Shown here piece by piece: positions 49,723-62,066 of a stretch of 64,000 nucleotides of DNA. Location of the stretch: assembly GCF_041956535.1 (NCBI RefSeq), contig NW_027192211.1, positions 304,684 to 368,683 on the forward strand. The letters run 5' to 3'. Below the pieces are notes generated by a model. That model was not told where the DNA came from. It did no database searches and saw nothing but the letters and a program-made list of their open reading frames with translations. Source of the DNA: Calcarisporiella thermophila CBS 279.70. Taxonomy: Eukaryota > Fungi > Calcarisporiellomycota. The position numbers were made by a program, and so were the translations under genes. How positions within the stretch are numbered: position 1 is the stretch's first letter; the number at the start of each line of letters is the position of its first letter.

Positions 49723-51692
49723 ATGCTCTTCACCCTCATTCCATGTATCGTCGTGTTCATTCTATTCTTTGTTACCCTCTTCAAAATGAACACCGTCAAT
49801 GCAGCCGGTCCCTCCATTCATCAAGGTTGGTCAGGATTGAATTTGGGATAGCACTTTGTGCAATTTTACGCTAACTTGAATGTGAACAACTCGTAGATAT
49901 CATCCAATATCTACCAAACACTACATTTGTGGGAGCGGATGGGCTGTCACCCAGCAAGATTTATGCCGATGGAGTGATGCAGGTCCCCAACTTCCCGGGA
50001 CCAGAGAAGAGCGGGCTCTCGGTAAGAGTTGAAAGCCCTCTTAGGTAAAGAGCACCGAGGAAGGACCCCTCACCCCCCCCCCCTTTTGATTCTGTTGCTA
50101 GGGCATCCTTTACGAGCAAACTTGCAATCCATCCTCGGACGCATCGAATCCTGCCAGGCCCAAGCCTCGAATCGCCCTTGTGGGCCAAGGCGATTGCTCC
50201 ATCCTCATCCAACTCACGCTGGCTCGCCATTCAGAATCGGCGTCGGCCGCTATCCTCTATGGCGAAGACGACATCATAAAGACCGTTGCCAAGAGCGGAG
50301 GGCGTATCCCCGTTTTCTACGTGCCTAAAGTGGCAGGTGTGGAGTTGCAGGAAACTCTACGTTCCCAGAACAACACCGACGGGCGGTGGGTCCGAGTGGT
50401 GCTTATCCCCGCGGTGCAGAGCTCTGCGGGGATATGGGAGCTCACCCTCATTCTAGTCGTGGTACTACTCGCCATCTCGCTCATGACGTCGGCAGCGTTG
50501 CAATGCCATATGTGGAGATCGAGACGGCGCCAGGCCCCATTCGACGACCTGCTCGAGCTTGCGATGAACGCACAGCCTCGCCCCAAACCAAAACTCACCG
50601 TTCCCCCCGAAGTCCTGGCCACCTTCCCCGTGCGAAGCTACTGCCCTCCCAACGCGCACCTCCAAGTGAATTCACGCCCAACGTCTCGCCGCCCGTCGAG
50701 CGCCTCGGTCAACAGCAACCGGTCGCTACGGGCGATCGAGCTGGCCACTGCCCTGGATCGGAGACCCAGTGTGGCGTCGAGCGTGATGAGCGTGGACACC
50801 TGCGCCGTCTGTATAGAGAGCTACAAACCGGGCGATCAGATTCGGCGGCTCCTTTGTCAACACGAATTTCACGTAGAGTGCATCGGTAAGCATCCGTGGC
50901 TCCCCACGATAACCTAACATAAATGGCCCCGCTCATTCATTGCCTTTTCCCCCCTCCATTTTAGATCCATGGCTGACGGAAAAGAGTGCGACTTGTCCAC
51001 TTTGTAAATATCTTTGTGTCTCCGAGGACCCATCCGACCAGACCGAGAAACCAAATCCCACCCCCGCCGCTGATAATACGCCGGCAACAGAAGCAGATGC
51101 GGACGACGAGGCATTCACCACAGAACGGAGGCCAAGTGCATGGCGGTTATGGTGCGGAAGCTCGACGCGGGTGGATGAAGACGGCGATGGCGTGTCCACC
51201 GTGGGGTACGTGAGCCCGATTGGCAGCCCAACCAGCCCTACCAGTCCCGTGAGCTCACATAGTCAGGGGGCATTACCGCCCGACCTTGTGGTGGTGGATT
51301 TGGAGATGGGGACTAGTTCAGAGGAGGGCAAAGATCCAGAAGAGGGGGCGACCCAAGGCGACAGAGCGATCGCAGGAGAGGGTGCCGAGGAGAGCGCGCC
51401 CCACGAGGTAGCCATACCCATGGGCGAGGATGAAGGAGCGATAGCAGAAAAGGCACACAGTGAAAAGGCTCCGGTTGAAAGCACACAAAATGTAGCAGTA
51501 CCAGCTGGAGAAACGCAAGTCGAGGATACGCCGGCCGATTTGGTGCAAGAGGAGCTAGCTGTCGAGACACTGAGCGAAGCGAGAGAAACCTCCACCAATG
51601 ATACCCTTTCCACCCCGTCACCAAAAGTGACATCAGCACCTGTGGACGACCCATGCACTGAAGAGCTGAACGACGAGAAGACAAGCCGATAG
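49723..51692 (+). CDS. PA-TM-RING-H2 E3 ubiquitin ligase (RNF13/RNF167/RMR-like)
   Basis: Hydrophobic signal, PA-like [10 protein letters not shown]...[10 protein letters not shown]...[25 protein letters not shown], and RING-H2 [28 protein letters not shown]|DPWL...CPLC. An alternative ATG lies at 49666. Confidence 0.85.
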
Positions 51693-52160
51693 TTTGCATT
51701 GCATTGATACCAATCCTTTTTTTTTTTACTTTCTTCCCATCCTGCATATTCTGTCATACTCTTGTTTATTTTATTTCAAACCTCTAATTGCCATAATATA
51801 CAATTTCAATTTCAATGAGCAAAGCATGTGGTTTATTTGTCCAAAAAAAAAAGGTCAGAGCAATGAAACATGAAAGTGTCAAAAAAAAAAGAAATAAATA
51901 ATAATATTAAGAAAAAGAAAATCAAAGTTAGAAAAATTAAAATTAGTTCCAGCAATGTAATAGGAAAAAAAAAAGACAAGAAAGAGCAAGCGTTAGCTTC
52001 AAAAAAATAAACAAACAGTAATTTCAACCAAGATATTATAAAGTAGAAAAACTGATGGAAACAGGGGGTTACTACACAACGAGGGAAAATAAACACTCAC
52101 AATATCACAATGTGTATATGAAAAAAAAAAGGATATGGGAAAATAAAAGCAAACATAATT

Positions 52161-53300
52161 TCAAAACTCAAGGGGAAAGATATCCTCCTCCACGTTGAAC
52201 CAGTCTTCGTTGCCGTCCTTTTCGCAATCCACGTCATCTTCAAGCGGGACCGGCCGCGAGAAATGCATCCCATCGTTCACATCGTCCGACCAAGAGAAGG
52301 CAACCCCGGAGTCGAAGCAGGCGGCCCCGGCGGCAAAAGCGTCCGCCGAGAGGAGCATGTTCGCGGGCGAGGCGAACGAAGGGCCGTAGCCTTCATCGAC
52401 ATCCAGCCTGTCATGGATGACAAGAGGCCCTGCCGACTCAACCCACGCTCGTACGTCCGAGATGGAGGGCCGCTGCTCAGGGCGGATGTCCAGCAAGGCC
52501 CACACGATCCCCAGGCACTCCCGCGAGAGCATGGGGAACATGCGGCGCAGCACCTGGGGATCCTTCTGATACGCCCCGAAGACGGGGTCCCGCTTTGGGC
52601 TTGCCTCGCGCCAAGGGTTTTTCCCCGTCAGCAGCGCAATGAGCAGGATGCCCAAGGCCCAGACGTCACCCTTGGCGGAGTGGTACGGACCGGTGTGGTC
52701 GGAGGCGTCCAAATGCTGCTCGGGAGCGAGGTACGGCAGACTGCCGCACCCGTATTCGCTCGAGAGCCTGTCCGGGGTGGCCAGGCCGAAGTCGGCGAGT
52801 TTAAGATGGGGGGGCGAGCGGTTGGAAGGGACAGGGCGGAGGAGTAGGATGTTTTCGGGCTTGATGTCGCGATGGTAAATCCCCCTTGAGTGGCAATGCT
52901 CCACCGCGTCCACCACCTGGAGAAAGCACTCCTTTGCGACCTCCGAGTCCAGCCTGCCTTGCTCCATGATCATCTCGTATACGTCTCCACCCGTGCACAA
53001 CTCCAGAATCAGGTAGAACGCGTCGTCCGCGTCAACCACGTCTCGCAGGTGGAGGATGTTAGGATGGGGAGGAAGCATGGAGTGGAGAAGCGCCTCCTGG
53101 TGCAGCAGGCTATCCTGACCCGGGTCTCCACTCTTGGCAAGGCGTTTAACCGCGTGGAAGATATTTTCGCGGTCGCGGGCAAGGTATATTTGGCCGAACG
53201 AGCCCGTGCCCAGAACAGAGAGGGGCTCCAAGTCGGAAGGTAGAGGGGTGCCGATGAGGGGCTTTGAGAGATCGCTCAGTTCGGAGAAGTGAGTAGTCAT
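52161..53300 (-). CDS. Ran1/Pat1 (Sks1/Vhs1)-family Ser/Thr kinase, intronless
   Basis: LGTGSFG, AVKRL, YHRDIKPENILL, KLADFGLAT...S.EYGCGS..YLAPE and GKNPW (Ran1-family signature). Confidence 0.88.
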   Translation of the reverse strand: MTTHFSELSDLSKPLIGTPLPSDLEPLSVLGTGSFGQIYLARDRENIFHAVKRLAKSGDPGQDSLLHQEALLHSMLPPHPNILHLRDVVDADDAFYLILELCTGGDVYEMIMEQGRLDSEVAKECFLQVVDAVEHCHSRGIYHRDIKPENILLLRPVPSNRSPPHLKLADFGLATPDRLSSEYGCGSLPYLAPEQHLDASDHTGPYHSAKGDVWALGILLIALLTGKNPWREASPKRDPVFGAYQKDPQVLRRMFPMLSRECLGIVWALLDIRPEQRPSISDVRAWVESAGPLVIHDRLDVDEGYGPSFASPANMLLSADAFAAGAACFDSGVAFSWSDDVNDGMHFSRPVPLEDDVDCEKDGNEDWFNVEEDIFPLEF

Positions 53301-54193
53301 GTAGAGGGGGAGAAGATGCGGAGGGTATGGGGAGATGGCGAGGGTGAGCGGAGATGTCCCAAGTGAACCCGGGTAATAACAAGAAATACAACCCAATATA
53401 TAGAGGAAATAATTAACAAAGACGCACAACGACCAGCGCAAAATGGAAGATGGAGGGGGAGGAGATCAAGGGAAAAGGAGCATGATTCCGGGGGGGAGGA
53501 GAAGCTTTTGCAATTTCTAAGAAAGATTAATTTGCCTTTGCGTGGAGATGGAAGAGAATGTGGCACCCTTGGTGCAACCGAATCATGCTTCGAGCTGTGG
53601 CGGGCGGGGAGATTGCAAATGAGAGAAGGAAGAATGCAAGGAGGTCGAGGGCAATGCTGGGATGCACGGGCGATAGAGGAGGTGTGGAGTGCAGGCAAGC
53701 GGGAGGGGGAGAGGGGAAGCAAGGGGAGGAAGGGCGGCAGGCCTCCAACGACCCCTTCGCCATATATAACCCAAGGCCCAAACCTTTTTTCTCGACTCTT
53801 TTAGCAATAAATTAATTAGAACTGTAATTCTCCTCAGCTGACCATCAAAACAACTTCCTTTTTCCTCCGCCTTGCAGCCATTCCTCTGTTCCCCAAGCCC
53901 TCATCCGTGACAGCCATGACCGAATGCTTCGCACACCCGCTCCCACAGTCTGGAACGCGATGCGCAATAATGCTTTGCACCCAAATGTTTTTTTTTCTTT
54001 TTGCCCCAAAAACTTGGTTTTTTTATTTCTTTGCTTCGGCCGACCTTGCGCAGAATATTTGTTCGCTTGCATTGACCTAACTCTTTTCCAAGAATAGGAA
54101 GAGAAGAAAAACAAAAAGAAGACGGCGTTTCGCGGCAGCGTACCTCTCCCCACCCCTCCTCTAGGTGCAAGCGCGAAAAAATAAAAGATTTTG

Positions 54194-54277
54194 TGACGAG
54201 GATGGGATTCGAACCCACGCCTGCTGACGCAGACTAGGACCTGAACCTAGCTCCTTGGACCACTCGGACACCTCGCC
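54194..54277 (-). tRNA. tRNA-Leu(CAG), long variable arm
   Basis: Reverse complement GGCGAGGTGTCCGAGTGGTCCAAGGAGCTAGGTTCAGGTCCTAGTCTGCGTCAGCAGGCGTGGGTTCGAATCCCATCCTCGTCA has anticodon CAG and discriminator A. A TATA-like element sits ~30 nt upstream (54305-54312). Confidence 0.96.
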
Positions 54278-55946
54278 TCGCTTGATTCGGAATCAGTCGG
54301 CGGCTATATAAACCTCAAATCTGAGCCTAGAAATTGGACTCCCGAGTTTATCCCCGCCATCCGTAACCGAAAAAAAGTTCCTCCTTGCCAAACCTCGCCG
54401 GCTAAACTCTCATAACAAAAACTAGCCTTTCTGGGGTTGTGTCCATTCTTTGACACCATCGATCAGCTCTTTGACACATTATTTGACTCTTGCGGTGTAA
54501 ACGGAGCAGGTTCTTCTTCCAAGCTCCAATTCCGCACCTCAGCGTGTTTGGCATAGTTTCTGGCCGAGATGGTATATTTGTAAGCGTGACTGATTGGATT
54601 CTTGCTTAACGGGCCACGATTTATGCTGCATGGCTAGTGCGACATCTTGTTGAGGAATAGTGTGCTTTATTAAAGGATCCAAAATGGCGGAGGAAATTTT
54701 GATTTCACGATAGCGAATGCATTCACTTAGTCCACCCTGTACCAATGGTCTCTCCGACGCACTCGTCTCCTCGGATCTCCTCGAAATCATAAACCTCTGC
54801 CACCCAGAGCCCATCGTGTCGTATCCTCCGCGAGGCCTAATACAGTAACTAATGGTCCACTTTTTCCCAGAGTCATTAAACTCCAATTCCAAACTAAGGG
54901 CTCGGCTTCCAACTCTTCGGCCTACTGAGGGTGAGCCTTCACCTTTTTTTTTCCACATCTCTTCTCCCTTTGTATTTGAACTCTGAGCAACCTCGCCACC
55001 GATAGCTCTAGGATTTCCATTGCTAGGGAGATAATTAGGGCCAACGAGACATGGACGCCCTATTGAAGTAACTGCACCCCGTTGGCTCGAATCAACACAT
55101 GTGGCAGCCTGAGTACTGCTATGAGAGGAAAGTAGAATCGAGGACGCGACTCAGATGGACTATTTTCTCCTTTTAATCCCACCAGGGTTAATAGCATATC
55201 TATGGTTTATCATCGCTTGATATGAGATGAACCAATCCAACTCGAATTTTGCCCTGTGCACTGTCTCCTTTGGCATACCCAAAGAATCCTAAAAGCAAGG
55301 CTCTAAAGAATGCCGAACGGGAGGGTCAGTCGAGCCAAAACCCACCCGGAACTTAGAAAATGGACAGTCAATCCCATTGAAAGAAAAAAAAAAGGAAAAC
55401 TAAGTTATTAAAAACTCCGTTCAAAAACACACGTACCTATTCTTTGATACATGACACTTCGATTGGATATCAGCTTCAGCTTCTTTTTAATGGATTACAC
55501 TCCATCAAAAAAATCGTATATGAAGAGAAGGGTGAAAATATTGGACAAAAGTAACTTATGACTGTCAGTATTGGCCATGAAGCCTTCAGCTCAGGTCTGG
55601 CTGGCTGAGAACGGAGGAAGAGGGAGAAACAGGAGACGCTGTGACGGTGCAGAGCATAGTATTGTGGGAGTATTCTACAAGGGGAACCCTCTTCCCCCGT
55701 TTTTGCACCAAGCCATTTTTCTTCTGTTCTCTTTGGCATTGCTATTTCTGATTCCATATTCAAAGGAAGAAAGCCTAAGATATTTTCATTTTTGGACAGT
55801 GGCCTATTAGGTTCAGTGGCGAACATGGCCACACAGATGCAGGTATTCAATCGCCGACCCCCTAGTATCTTATCAATTTTCGTTTAATTATTTTTTATTC
55901 GGTGTCTAGTCGATTGCATTCTCTTTACCCCCATTGTTTGCAAGAA

Positions 55947-57196
55947 ATGTTTGAAAAATTTGAACAGTAAGGGTAGTTCCGTTGTGCATTCCTGTCCAAA
56001 TTCGATCGTAAAACCGGCCATTATCTTGATGTTCTTTTTATCTATGTTAGGATAGGTTTTATAGGGCTGGGATCGATGGGCCTGCCTATGGTATGTCATT
56101 CCCCTCGTGGGAATCATCATCCGCGCTGGAATCCACGCTCATTCATTCCATGACTATGCTTTTAGGCCTGTAATGTTCAGCGCTATCTCAGTTCCGTACC
56201 TCGCCATGGCAAGGATCTCCTGGTGTTCAACCGCACCCCTTCGCGCGCTGATCGTGTGCTTAAAATGGGCGCCAAACTCTCATCCTCTGTGGAGCAATTG
56301 CTTGACACATGTCAATTGATCTTTACCTCTCTTGCGGATGACACGGCCGTGTTGGAGATTTTCGAACAATTGCTGGAACAATGCGATAAAGCCGCAGGGA
56401 AGGTGTTTGTTGATTTGTCAACCATAGCTCCCGAGACCGCCACGAAGATAGAGAGCGAAGTCAAGAAATGCGGCGCGCATTTCTTAAGTTGCCCCGTCAT
56501 TGGTAAGTAGAGCGACGAGAATGAGCCCCCCGCGTAATAATGTATTCATTTCTTGATCGCGTTGGTGTGTAGGCCCTCCCGCCAAGGCCGAGAGCAAAGA
56601 TCTTCTTTGCGTCCTTTCCGGCCCAAAAGAACTAAAGGCCAAGCTCGAGCCTCTATTTCTCGGCGGCATTGGGCGCAACATCCACGATGTTGGAGAGGAG
56701 CCCGCTCAAGCCGCCAAGGTGAAGCTCATCATGAATTCGTTCATCCTGGGAACGTTTGAGCTAGTTGCGGAGGCCACCACGATGGCCGAAGCCTCAGGGA
56801 TCGGAGGAAATCGAATGCTCGACGTGCTGGGTGACTATTACGGGGAGAAGGCCCCATTTTTGGTCAAGGGCAAAGACATGGTAGAGGAAAATTACAGGGT
56901 GAAAGAAGGAGAGAAGGCGGGGTTTTCTATCTTGAACGCATTGAAGTGAGTGAGACAATTCCTCCCCCTGTGTTTTCCAGTGACCACATTCCCACCATTA
57001 ATTCGGATCTTGGCTTTCCAGAGATTGTAGGCACATCCTCTCCCTTAGCAGCCAGACCAAGGTGGACGTCTCGGCCGTAAAGGTGGCCCACGGCAACCTT
57101 GAAAAGGCCAAGGACATGGTGGGGGGAGACATGGATATATCCGCCATAGTGCTGCCGTTAAAAGAGCAGGCCGGTGTACGCGCCACCCGACGTTAA
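55947..57196 (+). CDS. Beta-hydroxyacid dehydrogenase family (6PGDH NAD-binding / 3-hydroxyisobutyrate dehydrogenase-like)
   Basis: IGFIGLGSMGLPM, VFNRTPSRA, VDLSTIAP, SCPVIG.P..A and AAKVKLIMN. Five exons. Confidence 0.88.
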
Positions 57197-57556
57197 TCAG
57201 GGTGGCCCCTCGTGTGCCCCTCCCTTCCTCTCCCCCACCTCACCCCCGGTTTTCCTTTCTCTAGTGCAGAGTTTTTGATCCATTTTTCATCCCCATCTTG
57301 TTCTTAGTAAACCTCTTATTGAAATAAAAAAATAAAATAAATAACATAAGGGAGGACACACCGTGAAAAGCAGTTCGCAACAGGAGGCAGAGGTATATAT
57401 GGAAAGGAGTCACAATAGGCATTAGGAATCGTATGAGAATAGTAAGTAATGTAGAGTAAAATAAGAAAAGAGAAGAGAAAGGAGAAGAAAAAAATAAGAA
57501 AAAACACATCGTAACGATAGAAATACAGCGCAATCAAATATAAATATAGAAAGACA

Positions 57557-58880
57557 TTATGCAAACAACAATCCTCCCCGATCCTGGCGCCTTCGTGACT
57601 TTTCCTTCTCCGACCCATCCTTCTTCGGGTGGTATTCCGACAGCTCCACCCTCTCCTGATACACCCCCCCTCCGTTCTCGTCGCTCTCCCAGTAGCTGGG
57701 CGGGATGTCGCGGCACACTTCTCGGTAGGGGGGGAGCTCGTCGCCCTCCTTCTGGTCCTCGAGCAAAGGGATGAACACGACCCGGAGTGGGACCCGGAGG
57801 TACAGCGTTCGATCGCCGTTGGCGAAGTGAATTTCAATTTCAAAGTGGTGCTCAATGGAGCAGAGCGGGCACTCGTAGCTCGGCCGGAGCTTTGGCGAGG
57901 ACAGTGGAAGGCGGATGAGGAAGGAGGGCGCGGTGTCGCCGGGAGAGGTTGGGGCCAGCGAGAAGTCGAGGATGGAGCGAGGAAGGGTTTGGGCGGGATG
58001 CAGAGGAACCCGAGTCACTTGCTGGAATGTGGGGTAGGATAGGGAGAAGGGGTCGCCAAACAGCGCGGAGTCGTCAATATCGCGTCTTGGTAGCCTGAAA
58101 AGAGAAGTGAAAGAAGCAGCCCAGGAGGGGTTAGTTCGGGGGAGAGGTGGTGGGGGGGGGGGGACCCTAAGGGAGATACACATTGTGGCTGGGCTCCTAC
58201 CTGAAGGTCTCGCACTGTACTAGATTCACCACGAGTTTGGACACCTTCTCCAAGGGCCAGACTCGGGCCTCCACCGCGACCGTAGCAAAGTCGGCAGGGA
58301 CCCATTTACTCACGTTAAACTCGAAGCCCACCTCGCCCTCGTCGCGTTTGCCATAGTAGCAAACCTTGGGCGGCTTCATGTGGAAAACTCCACAGTATCG
58401 GGGCAGGAAGTGGTGCACGATGGACACGTCCTTGACGGAAATCAGAGGATTCGACATGGTGGTATGATTCATGGAAATCTTGGCCGTCAGCGAGTAGGAC
58501 ACCTTGCCATCCGGATGGTCGAACGAGGGGGGGAGATGACCAGGCACCGTCACCTCAAAGCCCAGGTCGGTCACCCCGTCCGGCAACGATCCATCCTTCA
58601 GCAGCCAGTGCTTCGATCTTCGTAAATACTGGCACCCATCGTTGCCCTCAATCAGGCCCGAGCGGGCGGCCGAGTCTCCTATGAACACCTGGCACAGGCC
58701 CTTGAACGACAGGGTGACCGAGGCGTTGCGCAGCGGCTTCGACAGGACAAGCCGAACTTTTCCGCGCAGCTTTTTGCGACGCAAGCGCTCCTGGCCTTCG
58801 AAGACGACGGTGTCGATGCAGAGGATATCACATGCGATGACATGCTTTTGGAGCTTGGAGGTGAGCAGACCCGTGACCAT
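57557..58880 (-). CDS. Alpha-arrestin-like protein with PY motifs, 2 exons
   Basis: LRGKVRLVLSKP...VTLSFKG, FEVTVPGHLPPSF..PDGKVSYSLTA, and tail ELPPY and IPPSY. Confidence 0.78.
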
Positions 58881-59245
58881 CTGGAGCGATGGGCTTGTGG
58901 TTTATGCAGGTTTCCAGAAAAGAGAGCAAGGGATGTTGTCAATGGCAATCGGCGGAATTAATTGTGGGGATGATCCCAACCCGGTAATGTCTTGTATTAT
59001 TTTTGTTTGTTGGTAAAGAAAATCTTGTTTTTTTTTCTCCCAGATTCCAATTTGAATTTGGGATTGAATCTTAAAGATCCAGAATTTTGTTCTATGTTCT
59101 TGAAATGAGTTTGTCCTCAAATAAATATCGTGAAACAATTACAATTAATGCAAACGGGATAAAGTGGTGAAAAACCGAACGAGGGAGAGGGGGCCAAACA
59201 GGGAAGCTAAGTCGAAAATATACAGTGCGGGGGGGTTTCTATAGT

Positions 59246-60799
59246 TCAGTTTCTATTGTGTTGATGCTGTAGCAGAGGCTGCCGCTCCGCATTCCCTTCT
59301 CTGTCATCGCCTCGGTCCCGATTAGGGCTGCGGGGATCTCTTTCTGGCCTCCTCACCTCAATTTCGGTATACGTTGTTGATGAGGTTTCACTCCCTGTAT
59401 CACTCCCGCTTCCAGCTGAATCGGAACCTATGGAGGCCTCGGATCCCTTGCCCCTCTCGCCACTTCGCCGCCGCAGCCACCAGCGTTGCACTCGGCCGCA
59501 CCCTCCCAGCACATACGCAAAGCACCCGAAGAGGAGCGAGATGAACTCAAGCATGTCGCTGGCAAGCTCGCGTAGCGGATCCAGCAGCGACTTCCGCTGA
59601 GGCTCGAAGATCCGATCGGGCCGAAGGCGGTGGTTGGGGTCGATGACGGTGAGGATGCAGCAGAAAACGGTGAGCAGCGTTCCAAGAGAAGTCGTGGCCG
59701 ACACCATAAACATGATGATCTGCTGGTACCGGGCGGCCATGATGGGAGGCGCCCCACTCATAATCTGCCCCGTCATCATGCCGGGAATCGCGACGAGGCC
59801 GATGATGGAAAGCTGATTGACGGTGGGAAGGAGGGCTAATCGGCGCATGCCAGCATGGTCAGTACACAAAAACGAAATCCCACCATCTCTAATTTGCTTC
59901 GCAAATTACCGTAGCGTAAGCTCTCCATCACCACCATTCGCCCGGCCTCCCACCGGGATGCGCCGAAAGCCAGATAGATTTCCGTCTTCTCCATGTTGTC
60001 AGTGAGCTGGGTGAGGGACAAGTCGAGGGCGAGGGAAAGCCCGGTGATGCTGGGCCCGAGAAGAAGCCCCACGATGGGAATGAATGAGGTGGGCTGGAAG
60101 ATGGGCTGCTGACCCATAGCAAACCGCGTTCCAAGGATGGCAATGGCAAGGCCACTGAAGCCCATTGACAGGATGACAATTGGAAACTGGCCAGGGAAAA
60201 AATGGTCAGTAACGTGCAAATATCTCGGCGATATTAAAGTGAGGCAATACCATGCCAACAAACCGCCTTTTAGTCTTGTTGAAAACCACCTCGCAGGCGC
60301 CCAAGAATACAAGAACCACTATTAGCGAAAAAAAAAAGGCATTTAGTTCCGTTGTGAGATAAAGGACGAGAGAGAAAGAGAGTGAAGGGAGAAAGAGAGC
60401 GTGAAAAGCAATACTCACCGGCCATTAGAAGAACGATCAAAGGATTCTCGGTAGAGAATACATTTTCGAGGATAAGACCCTATCAAAACATGGCTAGATT
60501 GACAAGATGCAAGTATTCGCTTTCAATAATGGACCATCATACCATCATCGTCAATTGCAGCACACATCTAATGGCTGCGACTAGTAGCATCTTCTCCAAA
60601 TGAAGTTGAAAATAGAGTGAAACGGCCACTAAACCCCATGGATCCAATTAGATTAATAAATCGCAAGTTGGAGACATCGCTTACCATTGACCAGAATGAA
60701 TAGCGATGCAAAGCCTACATTCCACCAGGTCAAATTGACTAGGACATCATCCCCTCCTCCATCCCTGTTCTTCTCCTTGAGTAGAACAGATAAATCCAT
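59246..60799 (-). CDS. UPF0014 family (FetB/YbbM, ALS3/STAR2-like) ABC-type permease
   Basis: AAIRCVLQLTMMGLIL, FIPIVGLLLG, YLAFGASRWEA, and ALLPTVNQLSIIGLVAIPGMMTGQIMSGAPP..AARYQQIIMF. Confidence 0.9.
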
Positions 60800-62066
60800 G
60801 CGAATTACTTGCCGTAGTTGGCAATCAAAAAAAGGCTAGGCACGTGGTAATGTCTGTAGGGAGAGGGATGCCTCGAGATGGTGGCAGCTTGGATAATGGA
60901 AAAAAAAAAGTGAGGAAAAGTAAAATACTTATATTTTACGGAGGGATAGGCGTGAACCTCTTTAAGTTATATTTGTTTGCGCCGACAACTCCGCCTATTC
61001 GAAAGAAAGTGTCGGTTATAGTCTGCCAGAATCGGGATATTTCATTGAATACGGGGGGCATTCTTGGCCGACCTAACTACAAATAGGTTACTGCTTAATC
61101 ATCTAATACTGTCGGACAAGCTGCAGGGCTTTCTACTAGAAAACATGCTTATATAAGTTCGACGTTTGTTATAGCATTCCGCGTCGATTCTTTTTTATGT
61201 AAAGCGGCGTGGCCTCGGTTTCTTCCATAGCAAACCCCCCCATCTCTAGGGTTCTCATAGGGCGGATAAGGGATATTACGTTTATAAAATAGGACTGTAT
61301 TATTACTTATAGAGCGTGATGGATGCCGACCAAGTAAGATGCCAAGCCAAGTTACTCTGGACCACAGGGCTAAAAAACCCGCTGTTATTTTTGACCCGGT
61401 TCAAAATGCATAAATCCTCGGGCACTTGTCGGGTAATTCCTGCGGAGCAATAGGATTAGAAGGATGGTGGAAGAGGTTTTGAAGCTGATCCCATTCTCGA
61501 AATATTTCTCCATACCACTAGATACCAGGGCATACGAGAAGATGGAGGTTTATTTGTCATCGAATGCATCCGATACTCTTTCAGCGTTAATATTAGATTA
61601 GGGTTGGATAAGCTTGGCTCGCTACGGACCGTTCGAATCAAGAGTTCACTACAGAGATCTCCTTGTTTAGTATTCCATCGGCTCCACTGATGGCAGCCTT
61701 GCATGCGTAAGCCCCAAGCTATGGAATGGTAAGCGAGGTTCAAACTCATTTCGACAGGGCAATCCGAAGGAAAGGCGGGAGGCAATTAGCTGGGGAAGGA
61801 TCAAGGCCGACTAGCAAGGCCGAGATCCAGTCGAGGTCACTCCAATCGGCCGTCCAATGAGAAACAACTGGTGGCAAAGAGTGCTAAATTGCCCTACTCT
61901 CGTGACCGTGGAGCGGTCCTTTCCCCTCAATTTTATTTCCCTTCGCCCTATTCCAAAACGCAGCTGTTCGTGTTCCCTCTAGATGAGTTTATAAAGGACA
62001 AGGTTGCTTATCGAGAAGAGGAAGGACACCTTTTTTTCTCACACAGTATATCCGGTGTTTCTGGCA

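Noticed and set aside
54194-54277. tRNA-Sec or CUG-reassigning tRNA
   Set aside because: The anticodon loop centres on CAG with U33, G37 and discriminator A73, and the acceptor stem is 7 bp. This is an ordinary tRNA-Leu.
3473-58880. Ubiquitin/trafficking gene cluster (CUE, Otu1, arrestins, RING, Vps3, Sec24, WDR7)
   Set aside because: These are common gene classes interspersed with unrelated housekeeping genes, with no shared regulatory signal visible.
61365-61450. TPP riboswitch-like ACTTGTCGGGTAATTCCTGCG
   Set aside because: It lacks the CTGAGA J3/2 motif and proper P1-P3, and neighbouring genes are unrelated to thiamine.
61596-61607. Telomerase-template-like AACCCTAA on the minus strand
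   Set aside because: It is only 8 nt, expected by chance, and no pseudoknot or CR4/5 was identified.
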